Source of the DNA: Bispira polyomma | Taxonomy: Eukaryota | Assembly: GCA_965649765.1 (NCBI GenBank) | Contig: OZ287757.1 | Location: forward strand, 52,080,001-52,144,000 | Length of the DNA stretch: 64,000 nt | Direction: 5' to 3' | Shown: positions 41,223 to 56,149 of the stretch, piece after piece | Layout of the letters: every line of letters starts with the position of its first letter | Numbering within the stretch: position 1 is the stretch's first letter | Position numbers and translations under genes: made by a program | Notes under the pieces: model-generated | Databases searched by the model: none | Told to the model about the DNA's origin: nothing | Seen by the model: only the letters and a program-made list of their open reading frames with translations

Positions 41223-41885
41223 GTTTTTGGTGATGAAAAAAGGGCCAAGTTACATGTAATAATTCTAGACACATGATTTGTACACATTACCATCATATTT
41301 CAACTATACAAAATGAGTCCGTCGGTATGCCTATTCTGTGATTCAGTTCTTGCTTCAGGTTATCACAAATCACCTAGTCTTTGAAGACATAATGCATGAT
41401 AGATGTTTGAGATGAATCAAAGAAAAACATTCAACACTGCTTTCTGTATGAGTACATAGTGACAACAACCCCCACAGTAGCTGTGTGTATCTAATATTTG
41501 ATCATAATTTAAAACTAATTGTTAATTAAATTATACAAAATCCATAGCTTGTTTCTATGAACTTATTAACATACCTTTCATCGCCAAAATGATAATGACT
41601 GGTGTTTTCCGCTTCCTTTGCTGCATACTATTTGTGTAATTTCCAGATGTAAAAATGGTTTTTACAGCCCTATCACTAGCCATTACTTTTGGTTTATTTC
41701 CTAATTTCAATCAAAGTAATTTGGAAATGTTGACATTAAAGGCTTTATAGCTTAGACAATTAAAAACCTGGTGCCTTGCTTGCAGCATGTCCTTAGCAAC
41801 CGAATTAATTTAATTAAGTAATATTTAATGCAACTAAATGGTATATATGATGCACCTATAGAGAAATAATTGACCTACTATATAT

Positions 41886-41990
41886 CAGGGCCCGTAGTCA
41901 TTAACTGACTTAGGTCTTAGGCTAAGGCAAAATCAGTATACTTTTGTGCTAAATTTAAGACTTACCTAAGTCTGTTGGTGAATATGGACC
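41886..41990. mobile_element. short Harbinger-like MITE
   Basis: cagggcccgtagtca ... tgaatatggacc; shares its body with 17203-17283. Confidence 0.55.
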
Positions 41991-43879
41991 AAAGACCTTA
42001 AACTCAAATACTGTCCTACGTAAAAAGATATTAGAATTGGTATTCTGAAACTCATTCCTACGTGAAAGTTTAAGCATAAAAATTATTTAGCCAATGAAAG
42101 TCCTTGTTTTATTTCTAAATAAAAGCAAACTATACGAAGCTTCATACAATTACATAAATTTGACAGGTAAGTTTCTATCATGTGTTTGGCCACTCGCATG
42201 AATAGTTTTACTAGTCTATGTGTATATTCGAGTGTACATGTAATATCCTGTAGTACAGTGGCAGTTATACTGAACTAAAAAAATAAGAATGATACAATCT
42301 TTTGAAAACCAGTTTTCTAGATTACCTGTGAGTCAAATCTTGTGTTCAACCTTTTTTATGAAATGTAAAAAAGGATGATCATTCTCTTGCAACAACCTTG
42401 TCTACCAAATCAATTGGCAGTTCTATTTTGTCACAACTAAGGAGCCAAACGATTTTATAAACTCCAGAATAACTCAAGGATAATTAACTTATTTGGTTTC
42501 AGTACAGAATTTTGCATCGTATTCTTGGTACCCAGAAACTACTCAATAAAATAGGCATAGAGTCATCTCCAAATTGCTTCCAAATTGGTAAATCCTCCCA
42601 AGAATCTATAATTCATATTTTCTCTCTTTGAGTTGTGACTGTGTCCTGTGACTCTGAAAGTGATGAACCAACATTACACATGCATAATATTAATGTTCCA
42701 GCCCATCAATTATTTATATATCCAAAAATATATTCCAATTTTTATCAAAATGTAGGGCCATGTGTATACCACTTTTACAACTCTGTCAATGGTATATATC
42801 TTTTAAAATAAACATCTATATACAGTCATGTAAAGACATATAATTGAAAATGTTCCTTGTTAATCACTTCATCTGATGTGCACCTCCACACACTTTATTT
42901 CACCTTAGCTGGGATAAATCACCTTAGCTGGGCTTAGGACATATCACTCCTGCAGTCTCTGGATAACCAAGTATAAACCAAGTCCTTTAAAACATTCTGC
43001 ATAGAATAAACATGCATAAAATATTTGGTATTTCAATGCAAATATAAATAAATGCTACATTTAACTAAACTGGAAAGCAAGGGGTATTGATGACATTGTA
43101 CGTATATCCTTTAAAATTAGCATTTGCTTTACAATTATGTTGAAAATATGGTTCTCGTTATAACAATATTTGCGCAACAAGTAAAGTATTTATATATTAT
43201 CACTTACCATGTAATTTGGTGGCCTTTATATTCTATATAATAACACAAAATAATCACATGATTTATCATACAGCTGATTAGCATTATAATAGACTATAAC
43301 TTAACTTACCTTTTTGTGTACCAGAATGATATTATGAGAGAAAGATATAAACAGCCATAAATAACGTCATGACACAGTTTATTACATTATGTACCTATAT
43401 CAAAACAGATCATCAAATCAAACTTGCCACTGTATCTTAGTTGCTAACAGTTGATATATCAGAGTGATACAATTAGAAAAGGATATGGACAATCACAAAT
43501 AAAGTCGTGACACAGTTATGTACATTATGAATCTATACCAAGACAGAACATGAAATGAAAATTGCCACTGTGGATGGTAACATACTCGCTTAAGAACACA
43601 GAGGACAAGGGTTCTATCTTAGTCTGGGTGATATTGTTTGCATATTATATTTATATTGCTAAATTATTTATACTATTATAACAACCTCACAAAACGCAAA
43701 ATACGTTATTCATAAGTGTATCATTGTGCATACGCAGTGTTGGTATTCTCATATGCTCAAACAGAAAATGGACTTTAACAATTGACCCAAAACTCGAAAT
43801 TCCATAGCTTAAAACACATGTTGAAGACTATTAGAAGTATTGTCAAACATAAGTAAGAATTTATTGTACATAAACTAGA

Positions 43880-44616
43880 GGCTAAACTGCAGAATTCCCC
43901 TGGAGGGACGCCATTTTGAATTAAGGAAGTAGTTCAGTCATTAATAGTGAAAAATAGTTCTTGATATAGTAAAAATAGTTCTTTTTATGTTCATGGTATG
44001 TTATCCACATAGATAGGTTGACATGTACACAGGTTGACAGGTCGACAGGTAGACAGTAAAAAAAAAAATGTTTGGTAGACAGGTCGACAGGTAGACATTT
44101 AGAAAAAAAAAAAAAATTTTATATTTTTTTTATTTTATTTTTTTATTCTACCTGCAATAATTTTTTTTTCAACCTGTCGACACGTCTACCTGTTTACCTT
44201 TTAGACATAGAATATACATATACATATATGTGTACCCTGTCTACCTGTCAACCTCCTAATTAAGAAAAAATAATTACAACTGTCTACCTGTCGACCTGTC
44301 TACCTTTTAGACATAGAATATACACATACATATATGTGTACCCTGTATATCTGTCTACCTGTCTATCTGTTAACCTCCTATTTAAAAAAAAAATTATTTT
44401 AACTGTCTACCTGTCGACCTGTCTACCTTTTAGACATAGAATATACATTATACATATACATTTTCAAATGTCTACATTTCGATCTATCTACCTGTCTACC
44501 GTAAGTATTTTTATTATTCATGAGTTAATTAACATAAATTATACAATTTTTAAATTCACATGTCATATCACTACATTCAAAATGGCGTCCCTTCATGGGA
44601 ATTCTGCAGTCGTTCC
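43880..44616. mobile_element. Merlin-type non-autonomous element
   Basis: GG...CC termini, about 42-bp TIRs (core actgcagaattccc..gggacgccattttgaat), exact 8-bp TSD AAACTAGA (43872-43879, 44617-44624), internal inverted arrays of acaggtcgacaggtagac. Confidence 0.8.
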
Positions 44617-46103
44617 AAACTAGATTTAGTTTCAGATTTTAGTATTATGTGCAAAACAGTTAATGTATCAAAAGTCTCATTTTTGTTAGTTGCTTGTTAT
44701 GTAACATAAATCAATGAAAACAGGTCATAATATATATTATTGTTCTGGGAAGATGACTACAGCAACACATTATAATTCAACAAACCATTTTCAAATAGCT
44801 GTACTTCACACAGAGATAAACTCAAAGCACAAATTTGCACACAAACTAGTGTTTGTCTAGATAAAGTGCTATTCCTGTAGATTTCCTGTAAATTATGTAA
44901 AGCAGAAAAACATAACGATTTTCACCTGTTCCATTAACTTCTCCAGACATGTAGCACAGATATGCCATGACAAAAGCAAGTGTCTTGTCAGTGTACAGCG
45001 CTGGTCTTATAAAAGTGCTGTCTGAAATGGATTCCATTTTGAGTTGTGCACTCTTGGGTTATTGTCCCTGTATGACATGTACAATGAGTTTAGTTCATGA
45101 GACAAATAAAACTACTCCACACAACATAAATCCAATAAACACAATACTGGTTCCCGCACAACACCAGGAGCAGCACCTTTGATTATTATGATTAAATTAT
45201 TGGTTAGTACCATACCTATTCTATCTCTGTTAAAATACTAATGCTTTCCTACTATGAATATTTATTTTGTGGTTTGATTGTTTGACTTTTTGAAAATAAA
45301 AAAACTATTTATTAATTTTGTAAAAAAAAAAAAACAGTAAAAAAATGACAGTAGCAGAGCAAACAAATCATTATATCAGTCTTTACATCACTTAAGTTTA
45401 TAGAAACAAGAATAAACTTGATTTACAACAAACCATTATTTGGTAAAATATTCAATGACAAAAGTAGAAGAATTACATAACACAGAAACTCCAAGTTAAA
45501 TGACATGGTACAATCAAATACAACTTCATTCAAATCTTTAAATGTTATGTTGTTCTCTGTATATACACTTCTTTTTTTTTAATGTAATATCACTGGTACA
45601 AGGAAACATACCCAATGACATGTAATCATTCGAAGCACCATGTTTTGGCAACTACATCAATAATTTTGGGTTCAGATATCCATGTAAGTTTGATGACTTA
45701 CATTATGGTGTCATAACGCCATTGTATGAAACATACACACAAAGGTATAACATATAAATGATTCATGAGGAAAAAAAACAACAAAAAACTAGTTTCAGAT
45801 ATCCATGAAAATTATATTATATACATTATGCTGTCATAACGTCATAGTAGCAGCCATACACACATGACTGAAACATATCAATAATTCATGAGAAGAAATA
45901 CTGGCCAACTAAAGTTACTGTGAGAGTAACTGAAAAGTATCAAAATCTATTCAAGATTGAAAATAACATCACACCAACTGACAGTAGTAAGCCTTAATAT
46001 TTTTTCAATGTGGATTACTGAACTTCAATAATCTGAAGATTAGAAGTATCAGTTATTATTGTTAATAGATTCATTTCCTCTTGTCCTTAACTTGAAGTGG
46101 AGT

Positions 46104-46713
46104 CTGGCGGCCGCATTAACTAACATTGCGATACTTAGAATTATTCTTAAAGCTAGGAAAAAAAATTATCTAAGAATTTTTTTATTCTTAGTACAAAATG
46201 GTATTCACAATGAAATTCTTGGCTAAGAATTAATTCTTACAATAAGAATTTTCTCAGCGAAGAATTGTGAATAGAAATGTAGGCACACATGTTTTTTTGA
46301 TAATCATGCGACCACTATTTACAATACTCTCATCTCCAAAAATGTTGAATAATATTTGAGTGAATACCAAAATTCTTATACTTAGAATTCTAAGAATAAC
46401 AGGAATGTAAGAATGTTATTGAAATAGGTCACAAATCTTTTTGCAGAAAGTGACACAAATATCCAACTCCAGCTTTAGAAAACCTCAACGGCTCATGAAA
46501 TTAATACTCACCAAATACATAAAAAGTCATGTCTTTTTCTTAATTTAAGTTAGATATTGGCCATTCTTAGAATCAAAAGATCATTCTTAGAAAATTTTCT
46601 AAGAATAAAAAAAAATTTAAGGATAAGACTTTAGTGAATGCCAATATTCTTATCTTTAAGATTATTCTTAAAAATTCTGGGTTTAAAGAAAAAGTTTGTG
46701 AATACAGGCCCAG
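46104..46713. mobile_element. Harbinger-like MITE rich in ttctta/taagaa motifs
   Basis: ctggcggccgcattaactaac ... gtttgtgaatacaggcccag. Confidence 0.5.
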
Positions 46714-46777
46714 GACTTGAGCTTCAGTTTCTGTGTATTTCTCAAAAATTTTACACTTAAACAGAACATATTTCCTG

Positions 46778-47019
46778 GGCTGGTATTCTCGAACGTATAC
46801 TCAGCTTAAACTCATACTCAACTCAAATCTGGATGCTCTATATCTCTGGATATGTTAAATATATCTAAAATCTGACTTGATATTTGAATTCAGTGTTGAA
46901 AGCTCTATCAAAATGAATGGTCACAAGTCTAGGTTAATCCCATGTACAAGGATTTCCACATGGCCTATATTTGAGTTGAGTATGAGTTTAAGCCGAGTAT
47001 ACATTCGAGAATACGGGCC
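46778..47019. mobile_element. PIF/Harbinger-like MITE
   Basis: About 50-bp TIRs (gtattctcgaa.gtatactc.gcttaaactcatactcaactcaaat) and a CTG target duplication. Confidence 0.8.
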
Positions 47020-48159
47020 CTGATCTATAACTCTCTATTGCCGCAGCAGAGTTTGCCTCTAGATGGAATTTTCCACATGCCATATGCTAAATTGACGGGT
47101 AACATGTAGCCATAAAGTCTTCTAAGAATGTTGGGTCTTTATACTATACTTATAAGGGCGACGTCTGTGATAGCTGCTGCTGTTGCCACGCATGTGATAT
47201 CTGCAGCTGCTGCGACATATATGGTATCAGCTGCTGCATCATATGCAATAGCTGCAGCTGCGATGTATGTGATAGCTGCTGCTGCATCATCTACTGGTGG
47301 TGTGGAGGCGGCTTCTGGTGAAAGGCAGGTTGCTGTTGTGGCATCTGCTGGGGCACAGCAAAGGTGGTCTGACGCTCTGCCTTATAACTACTGCTGCTCT
47401 CCTTGATATATTGGTAGTACATCATTATGACGTTCTGTGACAGAGGTCAGGGTGAATATTTTGTTTGCTACTTGTCGTGAGCCACTGCCCCTAGTGTGAG
47501 ATGGCTTCCTTCTTCTTCTTCTCCCCCTGTTATTGCTACAGCTAGGTCAACATAAAGCATTTTATTTTTTTTGCTCATTCCTCCTGGCAGCGTTGGTCCC
47601 CTCCTTCATGATCTGCAGCAGCTTATCCTCCCCATTCCTGTATCCGTTCCCCGCCAAGATCTCCAGCTCACTCTCAGACTGTGCCATAGAACCAGCCAGC
47701 GGGAGCAGCAGCAGATGAAGGAATAAATTCAGCTTTTTCCTACTCGTCCTCCTCAATGACAGGCTTAATGACAGGCTACTTGACCTCTGGCACCACAGGC
47801 TGACCCCTCTTCTGTTTTTTCCACCCGACTCCAAATGACTTTGGAGGCATCTTAAATTCTCAAATAATTGTCAAAATACAAAAAAAAAATGAAAGCCTAT
47901 AGTATTATAATAATCATTCAATAATTTTCAAAGTATAAAATGTAGACATTGACTCTACGATGATAAGTAATAAACTGAATGAATTTCTCAAAGTGCAGCA
48001 TCTCACATGCATAAACGTGCTCCGATAACAATACTATTGTGACACATAATCAATAAACTTGCTAGGTAAGAAATGCACACTCACAAGACACACAATAATC
48101 GGTGTACACATGCGATACTAATTAAATATTTGACCGCAATGAACCAAATGTATGCATAG

Positions 48160-49972
48160 ATTTTTATTGAAAAAATCAGCAAAATTCGTGACGCCTTCCC
48201 AACGATACATCACTTCAACCCTCCAGCCCCAGGATATAAGGTTTGTAACCTGTTTCATTTTAGTACACTGTCAGAGCCTGAAGTTCTGAAACTCATCAAA
48301 TCCTCTACCATTAAATCTTGTGACTTAGATCCCATCCCAGCAGTTATACTGAGTCAATGTCTTGACATTCTTGTCACACCCATAACAAATATATTAAATT
48401 TTTCTCTTCGGGATGGTGTTTTTCCCACCTGTTTCAAGACGGCAAACGTAACTCCCTTGATTAAAAAACAAGGGCTTGATAAAAACCAGCTCAAAAACTA
48501 CAGACCGGTGTCAAACCTCAGCTTCGTCTCAAAAGTCATCGAGAAAGCTGTAGCTAAACAAATTTCTGACCACCTTAATAGACAAAACATTCAAAATCGC
48601 CATCAGTCTGCTTATAGAAAATTTCACTCTACAGAAAGTGCCCTTTTTTCAATTAGCAATGATATCAATCTTGCACTGGACCGCACCGACACAGTGACCC
48701 TCACCCTTCTAGATCTCTCAGCTGCTTTCGACACTATTGATCATGTCCTGCTCTGCGACACTCTCAAGTGGTTCGGTATAAATGGCAGTGTCCTTAAATG
48801 GATCAGATCCTACCTTACTCTTAGAGCACAAAGAATTAAACTAGATGATCATCTATCATCTTCCATAAAACTTCCATATGGAGTACCCCAGGGATCCGTC
48901 CTTGGTCCTCTACTTTTCACCCTTTATACACATCCTCTCAGCACTGTCATCAATAAACACAATATAAAGCACCACATGTATGCAGACGACACTCAAGTCT
49001 ATCTCTCCCTCAATCCACAAAATGCAGATACTAACATAGACCTACTTGCAGACTGTCTGTCTGATGTCCAGGCGTGGATGAACTACTCCAAACTAAAGCT
49101 TAACCCGGACAAAACAGAATTCATCCTCATAGGAAACAAGAAAAACAGTGAACTCCTAAAATCTTTGTTTCCCATCTCCCTGCTGGGAAAAGACATACTA
49201 CCTTCCGAAAATGCTAAAAACCTGGGTGTCACTTTTGATTCAGCTTTTTCGTTCGATACGCATGTTGCCAACATCTGTCGCTCCTGCTATTACCACATAC
49301 GTGACATCAAAAGAATCAGAAACCACTTGTCCATGGACACAGCGATAACTGTGGCAAATGCCCTTGTGAGTAGCCGCCTCGACTACTGCAATTCTCTCTT
49401 GTACGAAGCAAACAAGTCAAACATTAAAAAGCTCCAGTCCATCCAAAACTACCTATGTAGGGTCATTTTTCGCCTGGGTTGTCGCACAGATGTCACTCCT
49501 TACCTCAAAAAATTACACTGGTTGCCCATTGAATCTCGAATTTTGTTTAAGATTCACGTTACCACTTTTAAGGCTGTAGTCACTCAACAGCCACCCTACC
49601 TTGCCTCCCTTCTTTCCTTCAGTAACCGTAAGAGAGGAAACAGACTCTCTGTCACTTCGGTCAGACCAATCAGAAAGGCGGGTTTCAGAGCATTCTCCAC
49701 TGCAGCTCCACGGTTATGGAACAGTCTCCCAGTCGACCTCAGATCAGTTGATACGCTTATCGGTTTTAGGAAAAAGCTTAAAACCTATCTTTTTAATCTT
49801 GCCTACCCACCTTAGCTTTCCTCGTGCACGCTCCCACTTCCTTCCTTACGACTTTGCAATTTCCACGGACTTAATGATCGGACTAATGATTCTGCTGTTG
49901 CGCTTTAGAAGATGCCTAGCATCAATAAAGCGCGTTAAAAATCCATAATAATAAAATAATAATAATAATAAA
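48160..49972 (+). mobile_element. 5'-truncated L2-like LINE with an uninterrupted RT frame and (AAT)n tail
   Basis: Frame open 48160-49815: KSCDLDPIP, NYRPVSNLSFVSKVIEK, LDLSAAFDTIDH, GVPQGSVLGPLLF, YADDT, LHWLP; 3' UTR then ataataataaaataataataat. Confidence 0.95.
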
Positions 49973-52394
49973 AGAAGCCACAGTGTATGCAATAAGCGGG
50001 GAAGACATGTGACACTAAACAAATAATTGACTGTGATATTTGCATAAGGATCACAATATTCGACAACTGAAATTGTAGGTAAGCAATATACACACAAGGT
50101 ATGTATAGCATACATTTACACAGCTGGATAATAACAAAGAAAACCATTCAGCGTTAAAATTGTGCAAAAATGTGTTTTGCTTATGACTGCATATTAGTGT
50201 GCCACCCCCTGCTGTGACAAGAGTATTGCGGAAATTTAAGTTTAAATTACCACAATGGCAATGGAGATTCACGCTTACCCACGATTTCACACGGAAATCA
50301 TTGTAGGTTAAATTTTTTATCCAGGGATTCTTTTGTAATCGCCATATACGCAAAAACATTGCTTTTCTAACTCGCTGAAGTGAGAGGCTACTTAATTTCT
50401 GGTAAACAAGTTTACTTTTTTCACATGCTAAATAAACATAGTATGCTTAACATTTACCAAAAATTAAGAGAGGAGTCAGTATTTGATTTGGGGAGTTAGA
50501 ATATACCTCTTGCCAAATACTGACACTCTAATGAGAAACTTTAGAGGAGTCAGTTAATTGCACTACAGTGGTGTTCTGAAGAACTTTCTTATACAACCAC
50601 TGTTCTTGCTTGGTTCCTGTGAGGTCACTTTGTATCTACATGACAGAGTTTGCTGAATGAAAAAAAATGGCACGGTTTGTGGTTGCATGTGAGTAAAAGC
50701 TATTTAGAATGCTTCAATTACTGTTTTATACTATATTACGTCACTTTAAAGTGCACGATTTGCAGCAGTGCTTCCATATAAAATAAGGAAGCCTATTCAA
50801 AAACATAAATGACTTAAAATACTTTACACGTTTCTAAACTAAGCTAGTTTACACAGTGTGTAAAATAATAAGCTAGATCAATACCCTCAATATGTCACAA
50901 TGCAATGCCCTCTGTTTGTGGATTATTTACATATATGACAATCTTTTAAAGCTTCAATAAAGCTAGCGACATCAGTGACAATCAAATATTTCAATCGCCA
51001 GACCAATTCTCCAACAACTACACCACAGTAGTGATAGGAGACGAGACATGTTAAAATTGATATTGAACCCAAATAAACTGAAACCTATACAGTAGCGCCA
51101 AGTGCTAAGAAACAAGTAGTTAATTTTTGGTCTCTCACAAAAATCCACTGATAATGTGTACTCATTGATTCCTGTGCAAATAGACTTTGTGTTTTCACTT
51201 CAGTTAGTAAAGGTCTTTAGGTTGTTAAAACGAATTTACTTATATGGAAGTTTTTATTGTAGGCATTGTCAGGTAAATCAGAGACTTGGTGATTTCCGCA
51301 AAGCCTACATCCACTTATGAATTATCCCAAACCATCTTTGTATTGGCCAAGGTCATTTTTATGTCTTGGTCACATGGTTGAATGTAAGAATGCAGACTGG
51401 TGTAATATAAAATCGAGTGAATGTGTTGAAAATCGTGAAGTATAGCTCTATTTATGGGAGTTGTGTCTATAAATACAAGTAGAAATATCCTAGATGTACT
51501 AGATGAATTAACACCCTCAATTCCTGGTTGTTTATTTGTCTTCTTCGTATTTGCCAACGTGCAGGAGAACACATTCGATTTCTACCTGTTTTATCTTCAG
51601 ATTAGATTTCAACCAGTAATTTGCAAAGCAGAAAACATTGACTAACCACCATCAATTTGATAGTCTTTTAAAAATATTTTTACGTTAAAGTGAAGTCATA
51701 TGCTTTAAAATTTAAGCCTTCTCCTTCACTGTATCTGGCATTTAACCATTGACTTGCATCATATCTTACCTCAGGGTATATCACTACTGTCATTCCAGAA
51801 CAACAAACTGTAAATCAAGTAATTCACAACATTCGTTCTACCATAGACAGTGATGGCTCTGTGATCAAGGTCAATGTTTTGTAAATGGTACACTTAACAT
51901 CATATGTGACTTACTGGAGTGGAGTCGTGATATTGTGGACTGCACTGGTTTAACCAATGCAAGTAAGCATTCTGAAGCTACTTCACCTAGGCTTCTAAAG
52001 ACAAGGGTAATCACTTTGTATTCTGGTCGGAAACAGGATTGGTAGCCAGGATAACACTTTTAATGCTGTAGTATTACTGTCGTTTTTGCATATTTGTTTT
52101 TAAGTCTCTGTAATTATTTTATTTCAACAACTGATATGCCGCTGTATAGAGTATTTTGCATAGTCAAGGCTAGAGTCCTGAAGCAATTGTTGCTTCCTCC
52201 ATCATCAGACTCATCTTGGTAACTTTCAATTTGTATAAGTATTTTGGTCTAAATTTTGGTCCAAATTTGCTCCAAGGGCTGTGTTTTATCCTGTCATTGA
52301 TGATGTCAATTGAACATGTGGTTGATTTGTTAAATTGATTCCATGAGCTGAATAGTATTAATAAATGTTTTTGCTAATTCATTGTCAGCCTGTT

Positions 52395-54560
52395 TATAAT
52401 AATAATAATAATTAAAACATTTTATAAAGCACCAGAATTGATGAGAACATCCCTTCCGAAGGTTGTATTTAAAAAGAATGCGCTGTTTGACAGGTAGCCA
52501 GTGGAGTTTGTTTAGGTATGGTGAGACATTTGTCAAGCTTGTCCACAGAATGTCAGAGGGAATTTTGGACTCTTTGGAGTCCTGTTATATTGACCTTATT
52601 AATACCATACAGCAAGGAATTGCAATAGTCTAGCTGCCGGCTCACCATTGCATTTTCCCCCTGGACCACAGTTTCAAGACTGAGATACTTGCGTAGATGG
52701 TAGTAGCAGGCCCAGCAGACACTAGCTACATGACTACTGTATGAGTTGTCTTGGTCAAAGATAACAACAAGGTTCTTTACTTCACTTGATGGGGCCATAT
52801 TGTTGTGAAGGAGACTGATCAAGAAGTAGTAATGAATTCAGATTTGTCTGGGTTGAGTTTAAGCTTAACACTTTCCATCCATATTTGCACAGTCTCGAGG
52901 CATTTTGCCAATTCTGATATGGTTGAGTCACAGTTTGTTGCATGTGGTACTAAATATATTTGTGTGCCATCAGCATACAGGTGATAGGTAACGTTAAACC
53001 GAGAGATTATTTTACTGAGGGTAGTGGTGTACATGGTGAATAGAAGAGGGCCCTATACAGATCATTGTGGAACACGATGTGGTAATGAGAAAGTTTCTGA
53101 GAATTTATCACCAATTTTAATGTTTTTGCTTTCTACGATAGCACCGAATCCAACTAAAGACGTTGCCATCAATGCCAAATCAATTAACCGCGCAATTAAA
53201 ATGGATAATATGGTCAAAAGCAGCAGACAGGTCTGACAGCATGAGTGCTACTGCTCTGCCATTGTCATCAGAGGCAGATATATAATTTTGAATTTTCCAC
53301 AGGGCAATTTCAGTTGAATGATAGCATCTGTACACTGGTTGATGTGTATTTGTGGTGCCTCCGTGGGCCATGAAGTAATTTAATTGCTTTGCCACTGTTT
53401 TCTCAATGAGTTCGGAGACATAGCTTAAACTAGATACAGGTCTATAATTCTTCAGGATATTTCTGTCGAGGCTGTCCTTTTTCAAATACAGATTGCAGCA
53501 CTTATTAGGGAGGATTGAATAAGCTTAAGGATTTCTTTCTCGGACCTAGTCCGGAAGGAGATATAAGTGTTGTGTATAGTTTGTGAGTGTGGTTTCGAAG
53601 GATGATGACAAGCTGGATCTCAACTTGGTAATTTTCTCTGAGAAAAATTTGCTAAAATATTCACCAAGTCGGCCACTGATTTCCTGTCAGGTGGTATAAC
53701 GTAGAGGATTTGTGAAATACTTTTTTGAATAAGTTTTGCATGACCTTTCGGTTATCACCGTTTTCATTAACAAGCTTAGTGTAATGGCTTTGTTTGGAGA
53801 GTTTAAGCATGTGATTATAGTGGTTAACCGCAGTACAGTACCTACTCCTTTTAATGCTGGTCATATCTTGATGCCAGGTGCATTCCATTTTACGCTTGAG
53901 GTGCTTGGCAGCCAGGATTTCTTTGTTTATGAAACCAGTATCCGGGTGTCGAGGAATATTTGTTGGCTGGTGCTTGCCTATGAAGTAGATCTCTGAGGTT
54001 GTTAAAGTACTGATGACTTTAGAGACTAGCAGTTTTGTGTGGATACCTGATGAAGTCAGAGTTTATAATTTGAGCCTTGGAATCCTGTGCATTTATTTTG
54101 TTTAACTTACACATGTTTATATGTCTGTAGCTGCATGCAACTCTGCAGACCATGTATCTGATGAATCAATATGAAAATGTAAATCTCTGCAAATGACATT
54201 TTTATGATTAGATAGAGCAGCAGCCTCCATGAAAACAGTGAAGTCCTCTATAAAATGGCTCTTTGAAGCACTGGGGATCTGAAAAAGAGATAGATCTTGA
54301 CAATTTTCAAAGGAAATTTGCAGAGATATGTGTTTGAATGAATTGAATATGCTGGAGGGGGTTGTAGTTCTAGGCTGTGGCTTTGAAAAGCAAGGAAGGT
54401 AATATTAAGCTGGTTTGCACTCTAGTGAATGATGGAGTCTATGTCGAAAGTATATTTCCATCATAGCATGTCATTGTGGAGTTTCACCAGGGCAGTTACA
54501 CAGCTGAAATACTTCCTGTTAGCCAATTGATAGTCCGTGAGTAAGTCATTGGCATCATAA
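52395..54560 (-). mobile_element. decayed L2-like LINE ORF2 (probable AP-endonuclease remnant plus RT)
   Basis: Minus-strand pieces HFIEDFTVFME...ICRDLHFHID (APE-like), [46 protein letters not shown], and an (AAT)n tail near 52400. Confidence 0.85.
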
Positions 54561-56149
54561 TGGTTAAAATATCCAGAAGAAACCTCAATATAACTAAATT
54601 AGTTTATATTTTATGGTTTTTTATGTCTCACAAGTAAGCCGTATGGCCTTTTAAAGTTTTAAAAATCATATATTTTAAAACTTTTGTATAGTTGTACAAA
54701 AATTATCTGTAAATAAAAATTCTCCAAACTAGCATCAGATTTTCCAACATCCAACATATCACTACCACTTCATCTTGACTTCCAAATAAAGGTCAAAATC
54801 TCTAGACACAAGTATACTATTTTGACCATTATTTACCACCAGCTATCTTGTGAGACTGTCATACTCGCAGGTGTTGATATCTTTAACTTTGTCATTAAAT
54901 ACTAAAAGCAGCACGTCTGTTGCTAAATCGTGTGTTCCGTGTAGAAATTTCCAAAAAAAGCGATTGCAATCAAGAAGCAGACCATGATAACTCCACCTCG
55001 ATTTTTAGACATACATGCGCACATTCTTTCCGGACCAGCCGCAGAGAAAACACAGAACCAGAGGAAAAAATGTTTTAATTGCCAAACCACTAGGACAGGG
55101 GACTGTCTTCAGATACCACAAAAGAGAAGATGAGAATAAGTATAAAATGTATAATAGTATGTTGTTGTGTAATGAGATTATAAAACATTAGTGACTGCAC
55201 TGAATGAGGACGTTAGGAATAGAAATAATAAATTAGACAAAAATAGTAATAATGGGGACATTATGATAAATAATTATCATAATGAACACATATCAAAAAC
55301 AATATTCAGAAAATATAAATTTGACAAAATTTATAGTAATGAGGACATTATGACAAATACTGATTATAACGCACACATATTGAAATCAATATTCAATAAT
55401 AATGTTCAAGCTATAACAAGATATATAGTGGTGTAGTATGGATATTAGGACAGGCACAGAAAAGATGAACAGTTTAAAGTTGTTGATGTGTTAATTAAAA
55501 TATCCGTTTTCTAGATATATATATATATCAGTACCAAAATTATAGATAATAGACAAGGATACTATGGAGTATTGACAAAACAGACTTAAAGTTTACTGGA
55601 ATTTATTTTAAAATGTTAGAAAATGACAGTCTGATATTACAGGATGATTGTTATAATGTGTGTGTCACATATGGCTGGGTATCTACCATATGGTTACAAG
55701 GTCAAGGTCATTGGACATCGTATGACTATAAGACACAACATCACAAGCAGAAATAAAAAAAACAGACAAGATTAGAAAGACACAATACTATGAAAGCATT
55801 ATAAAACAGGATTATGCAAGCACCGGTTACTGAAATAACAACAGAAAAAAAACCAAATACAAAAACAACTAACAGACAAACAAAAAATAGCACAAACAAA
55901 CAATAACATACAAACAGACAAATATAACATAATATCAGAAGATTCACAGATAATAACAAAACCATACAAACGTGAAAACAGACATACCACATATATTGAG
56001 TGATAATGCATCATCAGTGATCACCACTTTGTTAAAACATAATAAGGATGGCACAGTAGACAGATATACTGAAAATATAATCTCTATAGGACTGAAATAA
56101 GACCAGACAGACGTTGACAGAAAATTTGGGTTTATAACATGCACTTTTA

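Noticed and set aside
8865-45890. Small local duplications (about 8865-8945, 10447-10487, 11350-11414, 42900-42932, 43350-43570, 45670-45890) and microsatellites (TA near 8055 and 35415, TG near 27557)
   Set aside because: Ordinary slippage or duplication products with no sign of function.
47128-47406. Poly-Ala plus-strand ORF
   Set aside because: Antisense reading of CAG-rich sequence.
50148-50378. hAT-like MITE with CAG...CTG ends
   Set aside because: Weak TIRs and no matching 8-bp TSD.
51790-52020. Gypsy pol/integrase remnant (IRSTIDSD, ILKLLHLG)
   Set aside because: Too short and degenerate to support without a search.
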